From positions 1-32,514 of IMG/VR virus record IMGVR_UViG_3300020043_002646: a DNA stretch of 32,514 nucleotides. One strand, given 5' to 3'. A program made the translations under genes and the position numbers. Source of the DNA: a virus (Duplodnaviria > Caudoviricetes). Below the pieces are notes generated by a model. It saw nothing but the letters and a program-made list of their open reading frames with translations, was not told where the DNA came from and ran no database searches. Positions 1 to 8,516 of the stretch are shown in pieces (the first letter of the stretch is position 1; each line of letters opens with the position of its first letter).

Positions 1-2
1 CA

Positions 3-431
3 GTTTCCGATGTTCCACAATTGGTTGATGGAATTTCAACGAACCCTATTAGGTTGCATGTTCATAACAACAGCAATACAAAGAACTTACTTCTAGGTAA
101 TTCTGATTTAACTATATCTAATGGCATGATTTTGCCTTATGTCGTGGTTGAGTTCTCTGACATGTACGAGGCAGTGGGTGCCGGTGGCATCCTATCTTCT
201 AAGTATGATGTCGGAGAGTCTTTTGCTACCGTCTCCTGCATTGGTCCTACGCAGCGTTCAGCTCGTCAGGTTGCCGATGTGGTTCGCAATAAGCTTACTG
301 GATTCATTCCAGAAGACGCTGGAGAGCTTAGGCTCTTTGGTGGTTCACGCTATTTTGCAACTCAAGATGCAAAGCCAAACAGATATGTAGCTGAAGTTTC
401 ATTTAGCTTTATGGTCAACACTGTATGGTAG
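3..431 (+). CDS. Tail terminator/completion protein (frame open to the window edge; first ~40 aa may be foreign)
   Basis: Lies just upstream of the major tail gene; PYVVV...TVSCIGPTQRSARQVADVVRNKLTG resembles siphovirus tail terminators. Confidence 0.6.
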   Translation, partial: VSDVPQLVDGISTNPIRLHVHNNSNTKNLLLGNSDLTISNGMILPYVVVEFSDMYEAVGAGGILSSKYDVGESFATVSCIGPTQRSARQVADVVRNKLTGFIPEDAGELRLFGGSRYFATQDAKPNRYVAEVSFSFMVNTVW

Positions 432-439
432 AATAGAAG
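427..439 (+). promoter_or_regulatory. Putative late promoter -10 motif GGTAGAATAGAAG
   Basis: Identical 13-mer at 11748-11760 and a variant at 14614-14626, all at gene boundaries. Confidence 0.55.
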
Positions 440-459
440 TTAGTATTGGAAGGATTCTA

Positions 460-672
460 ATGGCACTCGCTAAGAACACTAAGACTGGAAACGTGGTTGA
501 GGTTCCGTCTCACTACATCGGTCACCCGAGTTTGGGCAAGAACCTAGTCGCCGTAGGCGAGCAGGCTCAGGCTGCACCAAAGAAAGAAACAAAAAAGAAG
601 GAGCAGCCTGCTCCAGAGGTCGAGCTAATTGTAGCAGAACCTGTAACTATTACTGAAGAAAACGAGGAATAA
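460..672 (+). CDS. Small hypothetical protein
   Basis: 70-aa ORF with GGAAGGA RBS, abutting the major tail gene. Confidence 0.7.
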   Translation: MALAKNTKTGNVVEVPSHYIGHPSLGKNLVAVGEQAQAAPKKETKKKEQPAPEVELIVAEPVTITEENEE

Positions 673-675
673 AGC

Positions 676-1767
676 ATGGCAACTAAGATGCTTCGACCTA
701 ACGTTGGTCTTTTCGTTGCGACTAGCGATGCTTTCGGTGGTGCAGACATTACTGCTTCGACCTGGGCACCTACTCTAGCGCAGCTTACTGACCCAACTAA
801 GGTCTTCAACATTTCACAGGCCGTCACTGACGACTACACCCTTAACATGACTGACTCTGACAACGACACCTCATTGGCTATCGTTGACAACGCTTCTGTT
901 GAGACCCCAACCCTTTACAACTACGAAGCATCTCTTGACGGCTTCCGCGATGCAGACTCAGGTGCTGACTCAGCTTACAACCTATTCAAGGCTAAGTTTG
1001 TTGACGCAGCAGTTGGAACCAAGTATTACCTAATCAAGCGCATCGGCAAGACTGCAACCGCAGCATTTGCTGTTGGCGACCTAGTATCTGTTTACGGTGT
1101 AACCACTGACTACCCAGTTTCTCTAATTGGCGACGGTGAGATGATTCGTGACGGTGCTCGCTTCTTGACCACTGGTGAGCTTGCAGTTAACGTTGCAACC
1201 GCTGCTGGTACCGCAGGTGCTGGCCCAACCACTAAGACCATCACTGGTACCAAGATTCAGTCAAACGGAAACCTTGCAGTTTACTGGGTTCCAGCTGCTG
1301 ATGTTACCGACGAGGCTGCTTTCCTAGCTGCTCCAGACGCTTCAGTTATCGTAGGCGGTGTAAACCTTACCGAAGCAATCGCTTGGGATGGTTACGACCT
1401 TGGTGCTGGCGAGTCAAACAAGATTGACGACAAGGGTATTGTTGACAAGTCGAACGCACAGGTTCGTGGCTTTGCTCAGTTCTCTGGTTCGCTAACCTTC
1501 TTCCGAGGCATCACCTCAGAGACCACAGGCGCTTACGCAGACGCATTTGACACCTTCAAGGGTGCTACCGATGCTCGCGTATCAGGTTACCTAGTAACTC
1601 GCGTTGGTGCTGGCTCTGGTGCTATTGCAGCTGACGATGTTGTAAGCGTGTTCAAGTTCATCGCAGACGCTGTTATGGACAACACCGAAGGCGAAGACTC
1701 TGTGAAGTTCATGGTTAACTTCATGCCACAGGGACAGCTTGCAGTTAACAAGACCGCAGTAGCCTAA
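676..1767 (+). CDS. Major tail (tube) protein with two tandem tube domains
   Basis: Synteny before chaperones and tape measure; Ala/Gly/Thr-rich; the two halves align by eye (YLIKRIG/YLVTRVG, DLVSVY/DVVSVF, GELAVN/GQLAVN). Confidence 0.85.
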   Translation: MATKMLRPNVGLFVATSDAFGGADITASTWAPTLAQLTDPTKVFNISQAVTDDYTLNMTDSDNDTSLAIVDNASVETPTLYNYEASLDGFRDADSGADSAYNLFKAKFVDAAVGTKYYLIKRIGKTATAAFAVGDLVSVYGVTTDYPVSLIGDGEMIRDGARFLTTGELAVNVATAAGTAGAGPTTKTITGTKIQSNGNLAVYWVPAADVTDEAAFLAAPDASVIVGGVNLTEAIAWDGYDLGAGESNKIDDKGIVDKSNAQVRGFAQFSGSLTFFRGITSETTGAYADAFDTFKGATDARVSGYLVTRVGAGSGAIAADDVVSVFKFIADAVMDNTEGEDSVKFMVNFMPQGQLAVNKTAVA

Positions 1768-1777
1768 CAAAAAGAAC

Positions 1778-1818
1778 AGTCTGGGGAGAGGTTTGCGCCC
1801 ATTCCCTCTCCCCAGACT
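1778..1818 (+). terminator. 14-bp perfect hairpin after the major tail gene (terminator or regulatory structure)
   Basis: AGTCTGGGGAGAGG (1778-1791) pairs with CCTCTCCCCAGACT (1805-1818); 13-nt loop; only a short T tract. Confidence 0.65.
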
Positions 1819-1864
1819 TTAAACATTTATAATGGGTATTTTTCATAACTGAAAGGCGCAAATA

Positions 1865-2458
1865 ATGACAGAAAACAACACACCAGAAAATGTAGTCAAC
1901 CTTGTAGAGGCAGCACAGAAGCGTGGCAAGTTTAGCCTAGCTGACGCTATCAAGGGTCGTGGCTACCCAGAGGCATCTGTGGATGTATACCTAGATTCAG
2001 GTTCAGCTTTTGAGCTAGAGCAGGTAAACCAGAAGTTGCAGGAACTTTCAAACCTTGGTCAACTGGAAGAATACGACAAGCTAAATGTAGTTGCTCGTGA
2101 ACTTGCCGACAAGATTGAGGAATCAAAACTAACATTCCATATGCGTGGCGTAGGACAGGCAATCGTGGAAGACGCTGTGAAGAACGCGGATAAGTTAGCC
2201 CCGAATGTTGATGGAGAAGACAACCCTGAATGGGTAAAGTTCTACTTGAGCTACCTAATCGCAGCTAACGTTGTCAAGATTACCGACTATGAAGGCAATG
2301 AAGACACCAGTCAATTCACTATGGAAGACATGATTGAGATTCGCGGAATCATCCCTGTGGACTCATGGGGTAACCTAGTTGAGACTATGCAAAAGCTAAC
2401 CCTAGCTGGCTCGTATTTCGAGGCAGTTACGGATGCAGGTTTTTTACCGAAGTCCTAA
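1865..2458 (+). CDS. Tail assembly chaperone (gpG-like)
   Basis: Lies between major tail and tape measure genes; ends just after the slippery site GGT TTT TTA. Confidence 0.85.
   Translation: MTENNTPENVVNLVEAAQKRGKFSLADAIKGRGYPEASVDVYLDSGSAFELEQVNQKLQELSNLGQLEEYDKLNVVARELADKIEESKLTFHMRGVGQAIVEDAVKNADKLAPNVDGEDNPEWVKFYLSYLIAANVVKITDYEGNEDTSQFTMEDMIEIRGIIPVDSWGNLVETMQKLTLAGSYFEAVTDAGFLPKS
2440..2446 (+). other. -1 programmed ribosomal frameshift heptamer T TTT TTA
   Basis: X XXY YYZ in the gpG frame; the -1 frame is open from 2446 to the stop at 2862. Confidence 0.85.
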
Positions 2459-2862
2459 CATGGGAAGGTAATCGCCCTTATGTCACAAGCATAAAGGCAG
2501 CGATTGCAGCAGGTATTCGCCCGGTCGCTATGCTGTTCCACGAGCAGCCTAGCGACCCTTGGGTGCCTTTCGACTTCAAGTTATTAGAGGCGTATCAAAT
2601 CCTTCAAGACGAAACCTGCAACGAGTGCGGTAATCCTATTTGGATTTGCCGTAACGAAGAGGCTTCCAATGTTGGGTTTAAAGTAAAGATTGCCACTTGT
2701 TTTGCTAAAGCGGAACTTGATAAGTGGAAAGAAAAAGAAGAAAAGAAGAAGAGCAACAAGAGCGCATACGGTCAGTACCCATACACCGTTGCATACACTT
2801 ACGACGATAGTCCTATGCCAAGTCGCAAGTCATACTACGAATCTCTTATAGTGGCAGACTAA
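2446..2862 (+). CDS. Frameshift extension (gpGT-like) of the tail assembly chaperone
   Basis: TEVLTWEGNRPYV... runs in frame into the 2530-2862 ORF; contains CNECG. Confidence 0.8.
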   Translation, partial: TEVLTWEGNRPYVTSIKAAIAAGIRPVAMLFHEQPSDPWVPFDFKLLEAYQILQDETCNECGNPIWICRNEEASNVGFKVKIATCFAKAELDKWKEKEEKKKSNKSAYGQYPYTVAYTYDDSPMPSRKSYYESLIVAD

Positions 2863-2880
2863 AAACCTGCCACTATAAGA
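2844..2880. repeat. 14-bp perfect inverted repeat spanning the gpGT stop
   Basis: TCTTATAGTGGCAG (2844-2857) / CTGCCACTATAAGA (2867-2880). Confidence 0.75.
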
Positions 2881-2919
2881 TAGAATTAAAGAAGACAATC
2901 GGCATAGGCGGTATAGACT

Positions 2920-5900
2920 TTGGACATTAGAGTAAGAATCTCTCTTGCAGCAGAGGGCGTTAAAAAGGGCGCATCTGATGCAATTGGTGCAATCAAGAAT
3001 CTAACAACTGCTGCTCAGGCAGACACTAAGAAGCTAAACTCTTACATTGAAAAATCTTTCAATGACCAGAACGAAGCATACACAAAGGCTAAGAGCCGCG
3101 ACATGAAGGCCCTCTCGGATTTCGAGAAGAAGGCAATGTCGTCAAACCGTCGCATGGCAAAGGAAGCCATGAAGGCGCAGTACGGTGCGAGAGACACCGG
3201 AATGGACCAGTGGCGTAAAGAGAATCTAGTCACTCAGTTCCCTGACAGAATTAAACTTAAATCATACAACCCTGCTGCTGAGGCAAAGCCTGGCTTTAAG
3301 GAGTTGGCAAAACTCTACACCCAGGATGCTAAGAACCTAGCAAACGCAACTGCATTTAAGATGCAGTATGACACAGCTTACAGAATCCACACGCTACGCA
3401 ATCAAGCTCTAATTAAAAAAGAGCAGATGAAGAATGGCATGAAGGCCACTGCAAGCTCTGTGAAAGCTACAGTCTCGGCTAAGTGGGATGAAGCAGCTGC
3501 TGCTTACACTCGCAAAAAGTGGGACAACTTCTATAAGAATATGGCACACCATCGTGACCTCACTCTTCGCATCAATAGCGGTGACTTTGAGGCATCTATG
3601 GGTCGTGCTCGCTACGCACTCTACGACCTCGGTCGTCAGGCGATGGCCGTCGGCCTTGGTGTCGCAGCAGGCTTTGGGTACGCAATCAATGCAGCTGCAA
3701 GATTTGAGTCAGCCTTTACCTCTGTGGAGAGAACTTCTGGCGTAGCAGGTGCTGCTGCTGAAAACCTAAAGAATCAGTTGATGGACATTGCCACAACCTC
3801 TCCTGTCTCTTATGAGGAGATTACAAAGATTGCAACCCTTGGTGCACAGCTGGGTATCGCCTCTAGTGCACTTACTGGCTTTACTAATACCGTAGTTGCC
3901 TTCTCTGGCATCACAGGTATTGCAGTAGAAGAAGTCTCTACCTCATTCGGTCGCCTAAGCCAGATGCTTGATGTGCCAGTTGCACAGTTCGAGAACCTAT
4001 CTTCGGCTATCGCCTATGTCGGTGTAAACGCAGTTGCGACCGATAAAGAAATCCTCACAATGTCAGAGTCAATTGCTGCTACGTCTTCACAGGCTGGCTA
4101 TGCAGCTGACGAGGTAATCGGTATGGCCGGTGCACTAGCATCTCTAAAGGTTCGCCCTGAAGAAGCTCGTGGTGTTCTCCTACGTCTGTTCCGCACTATC
4201 GGAACTGGTGTCAACGAGGCTGGCCCACTTCTAAACGACATGGCATCTGTACTAGGCACTAACGCCGATGCAGCTGCTGCCCTATGGAAGCAAGACCCTA
4301 GCACATACTTCCAGAAGCTGATTGAGGGAGCATCGGCAACTGGGTCACTCGACCAGGTTATGACAGCACTCGGTGTTACTAACACTCGTGAGCTTAACGT
4401 GGTACAGCGTCTAGCTGGTAACATGGATGTCCTTAACGAATCTATGGCAAACGCTCGTGAACAGTATGCGCTTGGAACCTACTCAGCAGAGGCTTATGCC
4501 AAGGTTCAAGACGACCTTATGACTAAGTTCGCTGTATTCAAGTCATCTGTTGACCAGCTTGCTGCCGCCTTTGGTGATACTTTCCTTGGCACACTAAAGG
4601 GTGTAATGGACTTTGTGAACGGACTTATTGAGGGCATCGCAAAGATGCCTGATGGTTTCAAGTGGATGATTTCCCTTGTTGCTGCTGCTGGTGCTGGCTT
4701 CCTAATCTTTAAGGGTGCCACTATGCTTGCTATCGCAGGTTTGATTGCAGCTAAGATTGCGCTTAACTCATTCGGTGAAACTAGCATTAGGTCACTCGCA
4801 TCCTTCGGCACTGTGAATGTACTTCTAAAGGATATGGGCGTAAGCGGTGGCGTAGCTACTGCTGGACTAAACCTTCTCTCTGGTGGCCTAACTGGAGCGA
4901 AGGCTAACATGATTGGCTTTGGTGCTGCTGTAAAGGGCGCTGCTGCTGCAATGACTGGATTCCAAAGAGCGCTTGGCATTATCGGCCTAGTAGCCACCGC
5001 TGTGTCAATCATTGTTCCGCTAATCGTTGAAGCAAGTCAGGCTAACTCTAAGCTTGGCAAGTCAATGATTGAATCAGCAGGTGGAGCAGATGCGCTTGCT
5101 GACGCTATCCGTAAAGACACCATCGCTGCTAAAGAGGGTGCGGTTGCTTACGGCGAGATTACCTCGAAGATTAGCAAGAAGTCTAAAGAAGAGCAAAAAA
5201 CCACTGAGACTGCTATTGCAGCAATGGATGCTCACAATGAAGTTGCAAGCAGCTTCTCAAAGGCAGGCAAAAACGCAGATTCATATTCTGGTTCTGCAAA
5301 CGATGCAGCCCTGGCAAACACTGACCTAGCTGACTCTACCTCTGCTGCTAACAAAGAGCTAGATAACCAGAACTTCTTGCTAGGTGAGAACTACGCTATT
5401 CTTGCAGCACAGGCTCTAACCAAGTATGGCGAGAACGCCGATAAGAACTTCTGGTCGGAATACACCAACCCTGACAACGCCGGAAGCGTAGCTGCACTTG
5501 AGGCAGCAGGCTTTGATGCTGGTCAAATGATTACTGCCTCAATGACTGATGGCATGAGTGCTGAGGGTTACCTAGATACCTTCCAGGGCATGATTAGCAA
5601 GATGAACTCTATCGGCGCACTGGCCGAAGGCGGTATCGAAAAGGTTGGAAAACAATTTGGTCTAACCGCAGAACAGATGGACCAGCTTGGAGAAGCTGCT
5701 GCTGCAAATGGCGGAAGAATCCCTCAGATTGCTGGTCAGTTTGACGATGCAGCCAAGGCTCTAGACGCTATGAAGGCTGAAACTGCAAAGGCAGCAGCCG
5801 AGCAAGACCTAATGAGGTCTACGCTGGTGAAGGCTGGTGTTTCTGAGGAAGCAGCCGAGAACGCAGTTAGCGGTCTTAACGAGCAGCTAAAGAAGAACCT

Positions 5901-7644
5901 AGAAGCTGTCACCGCTGTGAATAATGCAAATGCAGCGCTAGAAGGCTCGATGATGGGTCTTCGCGATTCTGTGAAGGCTACCGGCGGAGAGTTTACAACC
6001 TTCACTAAAGAGGGTCGCCAGGAGCTAGACGCTTGGTCTAACTATATGCAGAACGCACTTGATGAAGCTGAGGCTAGTGGCACCGGCCTTGCTGGTGGTA
6101 TTCAGTCTATGGTTGATGGCCTTCGTGAGATTGAGCTTGCTGGTGGAGACGCTACAGTTCCGTTCCAGCAAATGCGAGACTACCTACAGACCGCTATGGA
6201 AGGCCAGGGCTTCACAGGCCTAGACCTATCGACCGCCAAGACCAACGCAGAGATGCAGACACTCATTAGAAACTGGATGACAACATCTGAAGTTACTGAT
6301 GATGCTACAGGCAAGGCTGCTCAGTACGGAAACCAACTACTAGCTGCACTTAACCCTGCAAACAACTACGCACAGCAGTTCCTGCGTAACTGGGTAGACA
6401 GCCAGACTGAAGTAACCGACTCTGTTAATGAAACCACAGAAGCGCTTGTAACTCTTGGTGACTACGCTCAGGATGTTGGCTCGATTATTAGCGATGCACT
6501 GGACTTCCGCTTTGGTCGCAACAATGCGCTTGCAGATATGCGTACCGCCATTGCTGACTTCAACGAGCGTACAGACGATGCTCGTAAGAAGGTTCGTCAG
6601 CTTCGCGATGACATTGCTGGCCAGAAGGAAACAAAGTCTGACCTAGAAGAGCAGCTTGCTCTTGCTACTAAGTACGGTGACGTTGCTGGTGCTGCTGATA
6701 TCCGCGAGGAAATCGCAAAGGTAAACGAGGATATCGCTGGTTCTCAGGAAGAGTTGAACTACCAGAATGGTATCGCTACCGGAAGCATGAACCTAAATAC
6801 TCAGGCTGGTCGAGATAACTATGCTGCTGCACAGGAGATTATCCAGGCGAACGCTGACTACGTTCAGTCTCTAGTTAACTCTGGCGCAAGCCAGGGCACT
6901 GTGAACAAGGCTATTGCCGATGGCGAGGAAGCCTTCCGTTCACAAATGCGAGCAATGGGAGTTTCTGAAGGCAAGATTAATGAACTTGCAATCGCTTTTG
7001 ATGACATGAACAAGATTGTCAAGGAGACCCCTAACGAGGTTAACGTAGACGCAGATACCGACCCTGCAACTCGTGCACTAAACGAGTTCATTGCTAAGGC
7101 AAACGCATCTAAGGCATCTGTAACCATCACTGCAACGCCTCCAACCAAAGAGCAGCGTCTAGCTGCCTTGATTGAACAGCGTAAGAAGTTCCAGCAGTCG
7201 CTTGACCGCATCAAGGGTAACCGAGGTATGGATGACGTAATGAAGAGCCGCTTCCGCCTAGACATTGCATCTATCAACGCATTGATTGCCTCTGGTAACT
7301 ATGCTTCTGGTGGTTTGATTCGTGGAGCAGGCACCCCTACTAGCGACTCTATTCCAATCAACGCTTCTAACGGCGAGTTTATGATGCAAGCATCCGCTGT
7401 TAGAGCATACGGAACCGACTTTATGAACGCAATTAACCAGCAAAAGTTTGGTGGGGCAATGCCAGTTAGCGCTAAGGTCGCAGCTGGTGGAAGTGCTCCA
7501 CAAATGGTATACTTGTCTCAAGAGGATAGGAAGCTACTGAGAGCAGCAATTGACAGACCAGTAAGCCTATACACCACCAACAAACTTATTGCAGAGTCAG
7601 CAGCTGCTGGCAACAGAGAACTTGCAAGACGAGGAAAGAATTAA
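2920..7644 (+). CDS. Tape measure protein
   Basis: 1574 aa, Ala-rich helical; FESAFTSVERT core, hydrophobic middle, C-terminal YASGGLIRGAGTPTSDSIP...GEF motif. Confidence 0.95.
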   Translation: MDIRVRISLAAEGVKKGASDAIGAIKNLTTAAQADTKKLNSYIEKSFNDQNEAYTKAKSRDMKALSDFEKKAMSSNRRMAKEAMKAQYGARDTGMDQWRKENLVTQFPDRIKLKSYNPAAEAKPGFKELAKLYTQDAKNLANATAFKMQYDTAYRIHTLRNQALIKKEQMKNGMKATASSVKATVSAKWDEAAAAYTRKKWDNFYKNMAHHRDLTLRINSGDFEASMGRARYALYDLGRQAMAVGLGVAAGFGYAINAAARFESAFTSVERTSGVAGAAAENLKNQLMDIATTSPVSYEEITKIATLGAQLGIASSALTGFTNTVVAFSGITGIAVEEVSTSFGRLSQMLDVPVAQFENLSSAIAYVGVNAVATDKEILTMSESIAATSSQAGYAADEVIGMAGALASLKVRPEEARGVLLRLFRTIGTGVNEAGPLLNDMASVLGTNADAAAALWKQDPSTYFQKLIEGASATGSLDQVMTALGVTNTRELNVVQRLAGNMDVLNESMANAREQYALGTYSAEAYAKVQDDLMTKFAVFKSSVDQLAAAFGDTFLGTLKGVMDFVNGLIEGIAKMPDGFKWMISLVAAAGAGFLIFKGATMLAIAGLIAAKIALNSFGETSIRSLASFGTVNVLLKDMGVSGGVATAGLNLLSGGLTGAKANMIGFGAAVKGAAAAMTGFQRALGIIGLVATAVSIIVPLIVEASQANSKLGKSMIESAGGADALADAIRKDTIAAKEGAVAYGEITSKISKKSKEEQKTTETAIAAMDAHNEVASSFSKAGKNADSYSGSANDAALANTDLADSTSAANKELDNQNFLLGENYAILAAQALTKYGENADKNFWSEYTNPDNAGSVAALEAAGFDAGQMITASMTDGMSAEGYLDTFQGMISKMNSIGALAEGGIEKVGKQFGLTAEQMDQLGEAAAANGGRIPQIAGQFDDAAKALDAMKAETAKAAAEQDLMRSTLVKAGVSEEAAENAVSGLNEQLKKNLEAVTAVNNANAALEGSMMGLRDSVKATGGEFTTFTKEGRQELDAWSNYMQNALDEAEASGTGLAGGIQSMVDGLREIELAGGDATVPFQQMRDYLQTAMEGQGFTGLDLSTAKTNAEMQTLIRNWMTTSEVTDDATGKAAQYGNQLLAALNPANNYAQQFLRNWVDSQTEVTDSVNETTEALVTLGDYAQDVGSIISDALDFRFGRNNALADMRTAIADFNERTDDARKKVRQLRDDIAGQKETKSDLEEQLALATKYGDVAGAADIREEIAKVNEDIAGSQEELNYQNGIATGSMNLNTQAGRDNYAAAQEIIQANADYVQSLVNSGASQGTVNKAIADGEEAFRSQMRAMGVSEGKINELAIAFDDMNKIVKETPNEVNVDADTDPATRALNEFIAKANASKASVTITATPPTKEQRLAALIEQRKKFQQSLDRIKGNRGMDDVMKSRFRLDIASINALIASGNYASGGLIRGAGTPTSDSIPINASNGEFMMQASAVRAYGTDFMNAINQQKFGGAMPVSAKVAAGGSAPQMVYLSQEDRKLLRAAIDRPVSLYTTNKLIAESAAAGNRELARRGKN

Positions 7645-8516
7645 TGGCAGGCACAGTTTACTTCGGTAACGCTAACTATCAGACCTGGATTAAGGCCCCA
7701 GCATCCGGAATGGGTGCTGGGTCTGCTGGGTATTCTGAGTCATTGCAATTTCTGAACGGTGGCACCTCTGTGCGTCGTAGCTCACAAACCCACAGAACAT
7801 TCGATATGTCTTGGTCTGGCTCTATGAACAGTGGAGTCGTTGACTCTGACCTGCACGTCATCAAGGACTTCTACGATGGCATCTATGGAGATGGACCATT
7901 CTACTGGAATGACCCTTTTGCGGTTAACCAAAATATCCTTCCACCTAACTGGGCATCTCCGATGCTTGCAGAGAAGGACTGGCCTAAGCTAACTAATACA
8001 CTTACCCCAACCTTTACTGCTGCTACGGTTGCCAATGGCTTTCCGAGCAAGTATGCCACCTACACTACAACTGGCGCATACACCGGCACAGAGAAGCTGG
8101 TTATCATCATACCTACTGGCTACACCCTCAACTTTGGCTGGCATGGCCCTGCTGCTGGCTCTTCTACTGGTATCCGCATCGTTCCTTACCTACGCTCTAC
8201 CGGACTTGCCGACACTGCGCTGAACCCTACTAAGATTACTGCTGGCGGAACTACCAGGACCAACACTACTGTATCTGGCACCACCTACAGCCACGTTGAA
8301 ATCCTAGTTGCTACAGCAGGGGCCGCCACTGTGAACATCACAGGAATGATTGCTCAGATTCTACTAAACGGTAACTCTGTTGCAACTGGTGGTTTTATCT
8401 CTGGTCGCGGAACTAATGCACTTGAGTTCTCTACCGCACCTACTATTAACTACATTTCGTCGCAGATTAACAGCGGCTTTATTGACATGAGCGCAACTCT
8501 AACTGAGGTATTATAA
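7644..8516 (+). CDS. Minor tail protein (distal tail/Dit-like)
   Basis: First gene after tape measure, TAATG-coupled; GPFYWNDP motif. Confidence 0.7.
   Translation: MAGTVYFGNANYQTWIKAPASGMGAGSAGYSESLQFLNGGTSVRRSSQTHRTFDMSWSGSMNSGVVDSDLHVIKDFYDGIYGDGPFYWNDPFAVNQNILPPNWASPMLAEKDWPKLTNTLTPTFTAATVANGFPSKYATYTTTGAYTGTEKLVIIIPTGYTLNFGWHGPAAGSSTGIRIVPYLRSTGLADTALNPTKITAGGTTRTNTTVSGTTYSHVEILVATAGAATVNITGMIAQILLNGNSVATGGFISGRGTNALEFSTAPTINYISSQINSGFIDMSATLTEVL

Noticed and set aside
3042-7521. Antisense and alternate-frame ORFs inside the tape measure gene (and similar ones in other long genes)
   Set aside because: Shadow ORFs arising from codon bias; no RBS or recognisable motifs.
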